A DNA stretch of 62,842 nt, the filler included, from Platydemus manokwari (lineage: Eukaryota), in assembly GCA_037951405.1 (NCBI GenBank). It is 6 parts of 6 records of this genome, joined end to end, with 100 filler letters (N's around TTAATTAATTAA, not from the genome) between each part and the next. Parts side by side here need not be neighbours in the genome. Positions count along the whole stretch, not along the records: positions 11,480 to 21,831 come from JBBMOY011141549.1; positions 21,932 to 35,105 come from JBBMOY011811390.1; 4 more parts are not named here. One strand, 5' to 3'. Below the pieces are notes generated by a model. It was not told the origin of the DNA and made no database searches. It saw only the letters and a program-made list of their open reading frames with translations. Positions 12,881 to 25,200 of the stretch are shown piece after piece. Each line of letters starts with the position of its first letter. Position 1 is the stretch's first letter. Made by a program: the position numbers and the translations under genes.

Positions 12881-15800
12881 AATACAACAAGATAATTTTA
12901 TCGAAGCATATTCATTAGCTTCCTCTTTAGCTTTTTCAGGTATATAGTTTCCGTCAGTTGTTGAACATTCAACATTTATTAATGTAAGCTCAGAAATATT
13001 TATTTTATTTTCTGATAATTGAATTCGAGGAGTGTACAATTTATTATTAAGGGACATCCTGATGATTTGCTGTGATATCAAATTGCATTTTAATGACTGG
13101 ATAGTTACTGTTATTTAACCTAATTTGTAATGATTTTATATATTTTTCATCTCCAATATTTTAAATGAATTTTGAATTATTTAAATTCTTTAAAGCCAAT
13201 TATGATATATCTCCATTTCTTAATAAATCTACTTGCAATATAAAAATTTGTGACTCTGGAGAATCAATTAAATTTGAAAGCATATTTAAATAAATAAAGC
13301 CTATTTAAACCTACTTGAATTGGTTTATTAGTTTGTGATCTCTCCAAAAATTTTAATTCGTTGATTAAAGTTACATTTAATTCAGGCTAACAAAATTCTG
13401 ATGAATTACATGTTAATTTTCCCTCTTTTTATTTTCCGTAAAATATTTTCTCATCATTTATATTTCTGTTTAAGGTTAATTTAATCATCATCAAAAATGA
13501 CGGTCTATTGTATCTCTCTAAAAATGGAAATCGGCCTGCGAACTTTTTAGATTAAAAAAGAATTTTCTTATTTTAAATCCTTTATTGATTTTATCTGAAT
13601 TTTCTTTTGTTTTATCTAATAATTTACAATTTACCTTACTTGATATTTCTCCAACATTTATAATATTTTCAATTTCGTACAAATTTATTTTCTAAAGATA
13701 TATTGGGTTTTGGGGTTATTGGTTTTTTTTTATTGTGCCAGAGTCTAATCAGTCGATTCGTGGTTCTATTAACCCCTGGGTATCAACTAAACCTATGTTA
13801 TTATTTGATCTTCTTTCGCCGGGATCGTTGCTATCCCATATGAAGACGGGATGGACGTCTCAATGATATTGCTTATTGGTATCAGTCTCAATTTAATATT
13901 ACACGCTACTCTTTGCACCTTTTTAATAAAAGGTAATGACTTGACAATGATGATGATTTTTATAGAAATATGAATGATTTCTAAGGACACTTGTCAAATC
14001 AAAAGTAACTCGGTTTATGACTACTAAAATTATATTGTTTAACCAAATTACAATAAAATTTGACTACTTTTATACAATTATAACAAGTATGTTTAAATAT
14101 AACAATACTTTTATACACTGAAACGATGGAACAATTATGGCACAATTCCAGACAAGCTACGGTGACAATCCTCCAATAGAGGTAGAACCGGGTGTTAAAG
14201 GTATTTGGACTTAGTCATATAAATAGGAAGAATATGCGTCTTTGATGGTGTAGATAAATGATGCTTTTACACGTATTGATCTTACTTTATCCTTGCGCAA
14301 TCTCCTATTGAATCGACAAAACAATTATTAAAATTGTTCTTCCAGATAAATCTGGGCATATAATGGCAACGGGAATGATGGCTTTCGGCTTCTTCAACTC
14401 GGTAATGAATACTTGATTTTCTTAGCTCGTGCACACTACGCTAGTGGTTTCTAATATTGAGGCAAGGACTAGTGATTTTAAAGTCCTATTTATACTGGAT
14501 TTATTCTATGATAATTTTTGATTAAAATTAGGGCTCTTTTCATTTTAATCGGAATGAATATTTTTGACTGCGGGTTGTCAGTCCTTTAATACGGGCGAAA
14601 TTTGATGTTCTTTATTATTTAATAAAGAATATTTAATTTATTCGGGGTTATTTCTTGTTGCCAGTCGAATTAATGCGGGTAATTTATTTTAATGCGGGTG
14701 ATTTTCATTTTTCGATCTTATTTTATGCGGGCTTTTTTTGCATCAGGCTATTTTTTATAAGGGCTATTTTCTAGTTGTTATGCGAAAATTCAAAGGGGTT
14801 CATTTCTATTTCGGGTTAATTAACCGGTCCTATTCTTTAATAATCTTATTTTATTTATAAGATTATTTTTATTTTTAAAGAATTCATTTAACTCGCTTGT
14901 CCGGAATGATAAAAAATAAAAGGAATAAAAATATAATTAGCAATAACAGACTACTTTTATACACTTAAAATATGCATGCAAAATAATGTCTTTTTTCTCA
15001 AAACCCAAATAAAATAATATTCAATATAAGAATATACATAAAACAAAGGTAGTGTAATTACAATTAATATCAGGTAAAGTAACTGTAATCAATATCAATA
15101 TAGAACAACGATCATTGTCACCGAATTTCATCTTTGAAGCTAGACTGAATTGGTCCATAGTCAAAAGGAGTTAAGTTTTTTGTATTATTTTTATGTACAT
15201 GCTCTATAACTATTCGGGAGTATACTCAATAATTGTTGGAATATTATTAAATGTTAGGCGGGACCCCAACAAAAGCTTGAACATTTTTCTGTTTGCTACA
15301 GAGATAAATCACAGTAATTTCTCTATTAAAAGGAGGAATATTAATCGTTGATTTTCCTTCACCTAACGATAAACGAGGGGACGTCGACTATGTGATCAGC
15401 ACTAATTATCAGCACTACTGTATTTCATAACTTTCAACGATTTCCTGCTCGATACAGTTTATTGTTTGATTTAAAAAAAATACTAACATCTGACTTGCTT
15501 CACTGCAAACCCTATTGTGAATAAAACAGTAATGAAATGACAGTGAATGATTACTCATAATATTAATAACTACGAATGATAATTCGAATGAGATGACAGT
15601 TTTTAACGAATATTAACTACAGAATTTTATGAATCAAAAACCAAATATATATTAGCAAAATGTATTTTACACATACTATAGTACCATATGGAAAGGTAAA
15701 CAATGCAACTGTTTATTGCAACTAGTTTATGACTTGTAAAATAACTGACCACTGACACTGCCAGTGCTTAAATACTCAATGATTAGGTAAGTCATCAGCA

Positions 15801-16399
15801 GTAAAACATCTAGAAACTCGCACTAATTTAATTTTAATCTGCTTCACATAAAATAATAAACAAGATAAAAACACTACACCATTTTCCAGTTAATAAAAAT
15901 TATGACATTGCTTCGTTAACAAATTATGCGTTTACACAGACATATAAATTATTTATTGTAATACATTGAAAAATAAAAATAAATAAACCATATTATTATT
16001 TTTTGTCAATGGTCAGTGAGTGGACAACTGATAATCAGCAAAATTGATGAATCCCAAATTCAAACAATAGTAATTTGTGCTTATAAATAAAGAATGGCAT
16101 ATAATTGTTTTATTTATTTTGTGGAATATCAACAAGCCCTAAATAAAAAGAAAAATAATAATAAAATAAATACAAAAAAATCTCAAGAAATGTACCTCGA
16201 ATATGAATCTTCGAAACCCTTAATACATAGAAAAGCTTTTCATAATAAGGCTTTGTCCTGACGACTCATCAATTTTAACTAGGTCTAAACAAAGCCAGAC
16301 AGGGAAATTATAAAATCGAAGGAATCTTCCTAGTAAACAAAAATTTTAGTTTCTGCAAATCAGATACTTTGTCCGCAACAGAGAAGAACATAGTCTCAG

Positions 16400-17300
16400 A
16401 AAAGGAAAACTGAAGATTCTGCTGTCAGTTAACAACGTGCTCTAGTCACACTATATAAAGTTACTACTCTTAATCATTATTTCACAACAAATATTAGCGT
16501 GAAAATACCACCTGCGTATTTTCTGTTGATTCAAATACAAAAATTCAGTAAGCTTGGTCTTACCGATATCAATTATTTGGAAAAAAATTCTAGAGACCCT
16601 AATAATAAGTGATTAAACCACACAAATTTTAATAGATTGAAAATTTGCTTATCAGTAATAATTATCTGAGAAAGCCGACCAAAGTCGGTTCACAATCGAT
16701 TATCAGATTAAAAATTGAACCACCAATGGGACATAGGTGAATTAGAAATAAATCCCAATGCGTAGATCAATAACTCCCTGAAAACTCCCACTGATAAATC
16801 AACTAATTTATCACAGAACAAATAGTTGATCTAATGAATTCATGTAGTGATTATTTTACTGTCGACAAGACAGAATTGTCTGCTATAGTTCGGTGAAGAT
16901 CCTGTTTATAATCTATATATACATATTCTCCTCTACCTATGAAGCTAAACTCATTCTTGTGAAGGATATTTGCCCAATTTCACGAAGAGACTTGATCACA
17001 AAATTTCTAAGAATTGTTGTAACCATTGTCCAACATTTCAGTATATAAAAGTAGTGACTAACAACATTGGATTCGTTTTTTATTAGTAATAAATGCTTTA
17101 TTTCATAAACAGTGTTCAGTAGGCGAAGTGCCCATTAAGATCAATAATATCATTTCGAAAATTTAAATCATTATAGGGAGACTGCCAAAAACAATATATA
17201 ATCGAGTGGTTCAAATTTGTTGAGTAAAGCTGAATTGTTTAATCATAAATGGTGTGTTAGTATTAAATAACTTCGACAGACTTGCAAGTAGAAATAAGTA
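16400..17300 (-). mobile_element. Highly degraded CR1/L2-like LINE reverse-transcriptase remnant
   Basis: Minus-strand fragments in RT order: KQFSF (~QFGF), KAF, GQWLQQFL (~WxxSFL) and a GxFQG-like segment. Many stops and indels. Confidence 0.3.
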
Positions 17301-17621
17301 AGTTCTCAGTTAATAACACCGTCTACCTTGTCTTCATATTAGGTAAAGAGCAATTGAAGTGAAGAAGGATTCAAATACAAAATTTAAATTACACTAGAAT
17401 AGGTGAATTTCATACTTTTTAATTGTAGCTAAATACTTTGCTTAACTTTGTAAAAATCTTAACTAGCGATGCATATTCAAATAAATAAATATTATTCCCT
17501 TTGTAAAATAGCAGTTTTCAGAAAAATATAAAAACTAAAAGTATATATTAAAAAATTTAACTTGTTTAAATTTATTATATTTTTCAATTAATAAACAAAA
17601 TAAATTAGAACAAAAACCGAT

Positions 17622-18057
17622 ATGAGATTTGGTGGTGTTCTTCCTTATAATTTGATAAGAGATCATCTTCCAGTATTTCATTTACAAATATATAATTTTA
17701 AATATTTGATTATAATTAGTTAGCGGCTTTGGTTGGTGTGTTTGGGTTAGGTTCTATTCTAGCCGCAGCCAGCTCGATTAGACAGATGTACTTAAATCCG
17801 GATGTACAGTAATTTCAAATAAGTTTTTGAATGTATTTACGACTATTTAGCGTAAATCGAAAGAAAGCTGTTGATGGTCGCCGAGAGGAATATACAGAAA
17901 AGTCCTATAAAGTAATTACGTAATTTTTATTTTTTATTTCAGAGATACAATTTAGCTAATTGAACGGGATCCACTTCTGGCCCCGATGCCTGTTAGAATG
18001 TTAGATGATGGTTCAGTTATAGTCGATGAAAATTATGCTATGTTTCTAGCTCAATGA
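17622..18057 (+). CDS. NDUFA4: NDUFA4/COXFA4 (B12D family)-like cytochrome c oxidase accessory subunit, ~100 aa
   Basis: Exons 17622-17672, 17720-17808, 17851-17911, 17956-18057; introns 47, 42 and 44 nt, all GT-AG. Protein: MRFGGVLPYNLIRDHLP|LAALVGVFGLGSILAAASSIRQMYLNPDVH|VNRKKAVDGRREEYTEKSYK|LIERDPLLAPMPVRMLDDGSVIVDENYAMFLAQ. Single TM helix followed by the family motif RxxxxNPDV. Intron positions (before the TM, just after NPDV, after YK) match my recollection of vertebrate NDUFA4. Confidence 0.8.
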
Positions 18058-19064
18058 TTTACAACGTTGATTGTTAAATTAGTAGTTGTAACTTATCTAT
18101 TATGTGCTTTAGGATATTTTTTTGGATAAAATTATTAATAATAAGTTTCTAATCATCTATAAGTCTTGATTAATAGTAATTATAATTTAATTCATTAGAT
18201 GAAGCAATTGTGAGGCTGGAATAATTGACAAATAATATGGTGGTATCTCATTTTTTTATTTTTTGACTTTAAAAATTTGCAATTGCTTAGAGATAAACAG
18301 GAATTTTTATCTGACTAAAGTATATATAAGGATTAGTTATTTTTAAATACGCCATTTTGTCAGGAATGTTCTACTAATGTTGAAATTAATTTATAAGCAA
18401 TAATTTACTGTTTGTCATTAATTGCCCTCCCATTCAATTTGACTTATTTTTCGTCACTAGTGTTTTACAAATTTTAATCGATGACAGAATCTGGTCGAAA
18501 GAGTTGTTAAATTTAATATGATAACGTTTGGATTTATTTCAGCGGCTAGATAGTTATTGTACAGCTATATTACCATTTTTCTTGTACCTTTTATTAAGAA
18601 AGTCTCAAACGATCTAACATTTTCCAAAGTTAAATGAACATATTGTTTTAATTGTTATTTCTTCCTGTTGTATATTCATTCATTTTAAAACTTTCTAAAG
18701 GAAAGCAATTTGGAAATCTATAGCTCAATAAATAAAAATGACAATGTGTGATTCATAATGTCTGTAACATAGCATCGATAGAAACATTTGATAAAAAAGA
18801 GCGTACGTAATAGCAAACAACTCACTAAATGAGATATTTGAAAATCTACACTGTTACAGTGATCGAAAATATTGAAAACAGAGGTCAAACACATCGTTTG
18901 CGTCCTTTGAAATTATAATAAGAACAACTACAATAAACAATGTTTTTACAAAAACTGAAAAACGATAAAGCAACCCACAAAGGATAGTACTATTATTAAA
19001 TGTTAATGATCCAAAAACCAGTGAGAGACGGTAGTTTTGTAAAAGTTTATTTCTTATTTTTCCT

Positions 19065-19431
19065 AGACACGATTTATGTGCATTGGAAATATACCATCTA
19101 ATCGAACATCAGAACTTTTTGGTTGCAGCTCTCCAATGCACCTTTAATTGCTCTCATTAATTACTGTTATCGATGCACCACAATCCAATAACATTTATAT
19201 TTGCGCATAGTTCCAATAAATTGTACTCTGCCATCTGCTTTTTAATACATCTGTAAGTGCTTTCTCTACTTCTTGCCGTTTTCCTTTTTTTTTTACTTCT
19301 ATTGTATCTCTAGTTGATATGTGTTCTATTGATTCAAGCCCACTAACGAGATAGACACAGAACGTTAATGTTAGTTTTTTCTCTTCTTGCATCACTTTCG
19401 GTTTGAATATAGGCTTCATCTTCTTCGTCAT
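19065..19431 (-). mobile_element. LTR-retrotransposon (Gypsy-like) gag/aspartic protease relic
   Basis: The frame of ORF 19195-19431 continues past its stop into MLLDCGASITVI (19194-19159), a retropepsin LxD(S/T)GA-like active-site motif. Confidence 0.55.
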
Positions 19432-19509
19432 GGATGCACTGTATTTTTTTTCGAACTATTGTAACTAGGCTTTCTAGCTAAATAACATTCTCTGAACGCA
19501 TGCCCTTCT

Positions 19510-20420
19510 TTTCCGCATATTAAACATTTATTCCGCAGTGGACATTCAAACTTTCGGTGTCGATTTCCACCAGGCCTGACTTATTCTTTTGTCGTGGAAG
19601 CAAAGGTGAGAAGCTGAGTGAAAGTGGTGAGAGAGCTGGTATAAATTAGGGCTGAGTGATGTCGGTGTTGAAAATAGTATGATATCCCTGATAGTCTCTT
19701 TGGATAGGTGATGAACTGGATCCCGAGTAGCCCGATGTTGACTAGTCAGAAAGTGTAAAACTGATAGTTTTACTATATTTTTCTGGACCAAATTAGAAAG
19801 GTTCGACAAAAATAGATCGCGTTAGATCAGTAGCTCTAGTTTTGTTGAAGTTCATAGTTTCGAGTAAAATTGGATTAGTAAGTTGGATGGTTTCTGGTTC
19901 ATTTTGCAAGGATGATTTTCTGAATTAAAGAATGTTAGAAATGATTATGTTTATATCGTTTCTTTACAGTGATAGGATCAGAGTATGGAAGACTGGTGAG
20001 TTGTTAATATAGTCCATGATGAAATGTATTAAAAATGTCCGCAGATGAATTGGGCTGTCTAAGTAAGTCACCCAGTGTCGATTGGTCAAAGTAAATGGTC
20101 TCTTTGACAGCTTGTAGATCCTGTATTAACGAGTCAATTTTTCCAAAAGTCATTTTTGTCAATAAAAAATGAGTGTTCTTTTATCTGATCTGCGATGAAA
20201 AGATTCCAGTGGTTGTTGTTGAAGTTGATTAGCCAAAAGGCGATTTTCCAGGTATCAAGTTTTTGAAAAGGAAATGATTGGTAAAAAATTTTAAAGACGT
20301 TGTCAGAAATACAATTGCTAGTGGAGGCTTGATGAAAATGTGCGTTTTACTGTTGATAATTTTGCTGGTTAGATATGTTTCTGTGACGGAACTAGATTGT
20401 CATTCAAAAGTGTCTAAACA
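19510..20420 (-). mobile_element. Second Ulp1/C48-protease-bearing transposon relic (NeSL/R5-group-like)
   Basis: Minus-strand translation FWLINFNNN-HW-NLFIADQIKEHSFFI-D, then TAQFI-CG-HF at ~20060-20032. This gives His, Asp and Cys in Ulp1 order. Interrupted by stops. Confidence 0.55.
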
Positions 20421-20701
20421 ATATCTTCTGTATTTTGAAAGAGTGCTCCACAAAATCTCAATAAAAAATCATTATACAAATAGAACATCAGTTTTCTAGC
20501 TCAAATCTAATATATAATATAGTATATGATAAATCAAATTGTCTCATTCCGTGAATCAAATAATAATTTGATGCAATACATCTCTTCTGGAAAATAATTT
20601 TAATACGATTCAACTACTTTTTCCAAAGAAAGAAAACAGAAAATATAGTAACTTATCTCTTCAAATTATTCTTCAATGGAATCCACATCAATATTTTAAC
20701 A

Positions 20702-20795
20702 CAATGGTTTTCAAAATTTTTGCTGGAGAGGAACCCCACAGTCGTAGCGCTTTCTGGGCAATTGTAGGATATTGCTTTTCAACCAACAACCAAAA
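20702..20795 (-). mobile_element. hAT (Charlie/Buster-like) transposon end with a dimerisation-domain fragment
   Basis: Minus strand 20795-20739 reads FWLLVEKQYPTIAQKALRL (hATC FWx6YPxLAxxAL pattern). The adjacent CAATGGTTTTCAAA at 20702 resembles a Charlie-type TIR. Confidence 0.6.
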
Positions 20796-21340
20796 TATAT
20801 AAAAGAAAACCTAATAATGGAAGGAAGTTAGATTTTCAAAATAGACTAATGGTGATATTTAAATAAAAGTTTAAAAGATAATTTCAATGAAATAAAGACA
20901 GGAAGGAAATGATTTTCATTTTAAAATCAGATTCTATTATCAAATGATATAATAAAATCCTAACTTATTTCTGCCATAAATGGTAACATTGAAATGAATG
21001 ACACGAAAGCTATCGAGTTTGTTCTTTTAGGAATTGTTTAACTATTAATTGAAATCATTCAATATATATTTATTAATGAAATGATCCAATAATACAATAA
21101 AGAACAGAAAGATAAATATTAGTTAATATCAGATCAAAGCTACAATTTTGACTTCTATTCTGTTACTTATAAAGACTAAAAAATTTGAACCAAACCAGAT
21201 TATATTTCAACAAATTATTGATAGATATTTAATTTTTTACTCAATCAAGAATTATATATAAATAATTCAGAGTCACAAATTGATTACTAAATCATGATAT
21301 AGTTGATGCGAATTTTCGTTTCAATGTGATAAATATTACA

Positions 21341-21532
21341 ATGGTGCACTTTGCTGTCTGTACACTGAAATCGTTTTAAATAATTTTTTCCGCAGCAGCT
21401 ATATATGGACAGATTCCTGTTACTGACAATAGTTTTCTTTATCCACAGAAATTATTCGCTAATCGTGCTCCAAATATTGACATTTCCATCATTATGTCCT
21501 GGTGTTACTTTTCTCCCATGTGTAACCAATAA
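21341..21532 (+). pseudogene. Candidate small secreted peptide precursor with a C-terminal CYFSPMC loop; one in-frame TAA at 21377-21379
   Basis: MVHFAVCTLKSF*IIFSAAAIYG-QIPVTDNSFLYPQKLFANRAPNIDISIIMSWCYFSPMCNQ*. Signal-peptide-like N-terminus, TATA-like run at ~21253-21264, AATAAA overlapping the stop codon. Confidence 0.45.
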
Positions 21533-21831
21533 AATTGATTTTTTGCATATATACACGAACAATGAAAATCAGTTTTGTCACTTATAATTAAAAAATTAAA
21601 TAAGTAATGTTTACTTTAAAATATTTGTTTCAATAAAACACTGAAAATAAATGAATAATTTTTTAATAAATATAATAAATTATACTAAAGCTATATCAAT
21701 AATTATTTATGTCTTATTATTCTATATCAATTAGTGTGTAACACCCAAATGATTATAGTATGAAAATTAAATATGTTTGATTGAACAGTGAGATTTAAAT
21801 TAAATATTAGAAAAATATTATTATATTTATT

Positions 21832-21931
21832 NNNNNNNNNNNNNNNNNNNNNNNNNNNNNNNNNNNNNNNNNNNNTTAATTAATTAANNNNNNNNNNNNN
21901 NNNNNNNNNNNNNNNNNNNNNNNNNNNNNNN
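21832..21931. other. Assembly spacer N44-TTAATTAATTAA-N44
   Basis: Same 100-nt structure as at 11380. Confidence 0.97.
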
Positions 21932-22010
21932 TATCATTATTATTTATTATTATTATTTACTATTATTAATATTTATTAATAAATTATTATTATTATTACT
22001 ATTTATTATT

Positions 22011-22050
<40 letters not shown>

Positions 22051-22065
22051 TTATTTTTATTATTT
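21932..22065. repeat. Imperfect (TAT)n microsatellite
   Basis: Read directly at the contig edge. Confidence 0.9.
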
Positions 22066-22623
22066 TTCAATCAAAATACCATACAAACACAACACAGATT
22101 TTATGAATCACAGCCAAAATTGTCACGCGCGAAATTGTTGTCCATAAAAGACGTTCACAATAAATGATATTAATGATGTTTTGATATTATAACATATAGC
22201 AGTTAAATTGTTAACATATTTGAAATTACGTTTCACGTGTTTTATCAATGTTTATTGAAATTAGGCCAAGAAAAATTATATTTATTATGTTATTTATCGG
22301 TTTCTATCGAGTATCAACGAGTATCGAGCTCATATCATTACGAAACCCTCACTAAATTAATGAAATATTTTCTAAATTAATCCAATGAAACGTCTTGCTC
22401 AAGTCAGAAATCAAAACCGAAAATATCAAGCTCATATCACGATTTCTTATTGAAATGTATTATCAATATTTTTTAATAATTAAGCGCCAAAAATATTTAA
22501 AATTTTTAATAATCGATTTGTAAGATTAAGCTTTTTAATAAATTATTACTCAAATATATTACTTAATAAGCCTGAAATAATTCGAAATATAGAAAATATT
22601 ATATTGATTAAACTGTTAACAAC

Positions 22624-22995
22624 CTGAAGTTTGTCTTGTGTCATTGTTAATTCCTCTCTAAGCCAGATATTTTCTTCAATTAATCGCTTGGCTTGTAGTT
22701 TAAAACCATCCTTTTCCTTTTTCAATTCTTCGATATGAGTATAAATTGCTTCAATATCCTAAAATAAATATATTATGCTTTTCGTTATCAATTAAATTAC
22801 TTCCGTATCAGATATACAAAATTTAATTAACTCTTTAATTCGGTACAAATTCATTATCATATCATCATTTTGAAAATAACATTGATTTGAACTAAGTTCA
22901 GAAAATAAATTATCTATTTCTGTTTTTAATTTTTCAAATGATTTCTTTTCTAATTTGATTCCAGATATAGGAGTATTGTCTTCGGACGATTTCAT
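22624..22995 (-). CDS. Kinesin light chain-like protein, first two exons (partial)
   Basis: Exon 22995-22801 (65 codons), 42-nt GT-AG intron, exon 22758-22624 = DIEAIYTHIEELKKEKDGFKLQAKRLIEENIWLREELTMTQDKLQ, followed by a GT donor. This matches the KLC heptad motif [31 protein letters not shown]. Confidence 0.78.
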
Positions 22996-23399
22996 TTTAA
23001 TGAATAAAACTGTAATATATAATATAATTAATTTTCAAATTCCATAATAAAAAAATGTATTCTAAATAATAAAATTAAAATATTGACAATATTTTTGTTG
23101 GGATTTACAGTTAAGAATTAATTTAAACAATCATAACTAAACATCTTGATAATTTCATTATTTTAAACTTTAAATGAATTTAATTATTAAATTTAAATTT
23201 AAAAATTATTCCAATGTTTATTTTTAAAATTTTCTAGTTATATTAACATTCAAAACCAAACACTGAAATTAAAGCAAGAAATATGATACAAGACCATCTT
23301 CCAAATAGTTTGATTGAAGAATTAATAAAGAATAATTGGAGCTCAAAAGAAACATTTGTAATCTCTTCTTTATTTAATATTAATGTTCAACGACATGGG

Positions 23400-25200
23400 T
23401 CCCACCCACACCTTAATTCATATTATTATTACATTTATCACATAGCTATTAAATATTATTAAGTTTCAGATTGTTTTTTAATAGTAGTTTGATCCACATA
23501 AGATATAACTGGTAATACTCCAAGACGACTAGTCGGGTTAAGAATTAATACTTTATTTTCAGATTTCGTCTATTGAAATGGGGTATTTCGATTTTTAATC
23601 ATCATCAATTCATAACAAACTAACGCTTTTTGTATGAATTACAGGTTTCCTTTTGGACTTGTTATGATTATGTACCACTCCTGAGCGTTTAATTTTAATC
23701 AACACGGTGTATAAATATACTTTATTAGATTCATGCACTAACTTGTTGATGGACACAATCAACTCACCATCTATAATATTCAGCCAAACAAACAATATTC
23801 AATCGGAATTCAAATTCGAAATATACAATATCATCCAAAATCTGATCACAAACGTGCAATTCAGCTATAGTAAACAAATACCCAATAACAATTAAACTTT
23901 TAGATTTATATTGATTGAACTTTTTGAACGTTTGATTTTCTAAAATCGCTAATATGGATATTTAGCAGCAATCCACTTGGGTAGTACGTTGAGCAGTATG
24001 GTAATTTTGACGCTGTTTACCACAGAAATCTTCTCAAAATTAACTATTCTTGTTATTACTTTCTCAGTATATCAAAAAATAGTATTTATATTAATTGATT
24101 ATTGCATATGTCTAATACCAACAGATTTGCTGAACCTAGACAAACAATTATTATTGAAACTATCAGCCCTAGCTTCAAGCTCTTCAGGCATTTCATTTAA
24201 TTTTCCAATAACTTTGTTTTCATACGAGTTACTAAACCCTCTAGGACTAGTAAGATATAAAATAAAACATCCAACTACAAGATATATTTAACAAACTTAC
24301 TAGAATAAGTTTCAACAAGATTTCTAAGGAAGTTTCCCGCTTTTATTCCAACTTCTGAAATAATATCACTGCTTTCCTCTGTTCCATTGCCTTTTTTTCT
24401 TTTTATTATTATATTTCAACAGATGGGCTAATCTCTTCTTCGAGAGCTATCATTTATGCTATCTATTGTTTTGATCTTTCTTATCAAGCTGTTGCTGTTA
24501 CAAATATTGTCGATAACATAAACTTAATGTCACATTAGAGTTGGAAAACTTGAAATTGGATAATGCATGTTTGAATTTTCAAAGATTTTGATTTGATAAT
24601 TTTTTGAAATTGGTTTTTCAAGGAAAATCTCAGAATTCGGATATTTTACAGAAAATATATTTCGGAAAAATTACAAATATCCACTTCCTTACTAAATAAA
24701 ATTTACAATGCTTGTCAAAAGCGAGATAAGAATAACTTAAATTTGATTTTAGTCACATTGTTTTGAAGAACAGAACTTTAAAATGCTAATATTCGTTTAT
24801 GCGAACTAAAAATAACAGCATCTATGTCGAGATTATTTGATTTCACTCTGAAATTGATGAAATTGTAAGTGTTATGATAATGATAAAGTTGAGAACTTCT
24901 ATGTTAAATGAAAATTTGTTATTCAGGTTCTAAGATGAAGGAATGATACAAGAAGAAATTTAAATAATTAATCTGTTGGAAGTCATTATACTCAAATGAA
25001 CATTTCCTTGGGGACACGTGGATAATTAATTAGTGATAAATATTGCATAATATATTGCATTGTGCACAAGGTACCTATTATGTAAGTAGTACAATAATCG
25101 CTATCAGTACTGGATCAATTATTCCTCGCAGACTTTATCAAATGATTAACAATTAGAAATCATTAGACAGTATAGGAGTTTAAATCGATCTACAACTATA
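23400..25200 (+). mobile_element. Highly degraded LINE remnant (endonuclease + RT traces)
   Basis: Fragments in the expected order: MGYF (~GDFN), TLLDSCTN (~LDxxxTN), LIP..NYQP (~NYRPI), FDLS..A (~DLSKAFD). Each match is short. Confidence 0.3.

Noticed and set aside
15200-15240. Minus-strand IIEYTPE as the missing lin-7 last exon
   Set aside because: Immediately followed by stops and lacks VKLVVR and EEME.
16249-16296. Hammerhead-ribozyme-like CTGACGA between inverted GGCTTTGT/ACAAAGCC arms
   Set aside because: No GAAA core (TAAA instead) and no stem III or cleavage triplet.
18470-18515. Penelope-type minimal hammerhead-like GATGAC..GTCGAAA
   Set aside because: The CUGA box is missing; at best a dead relic and not supportable.
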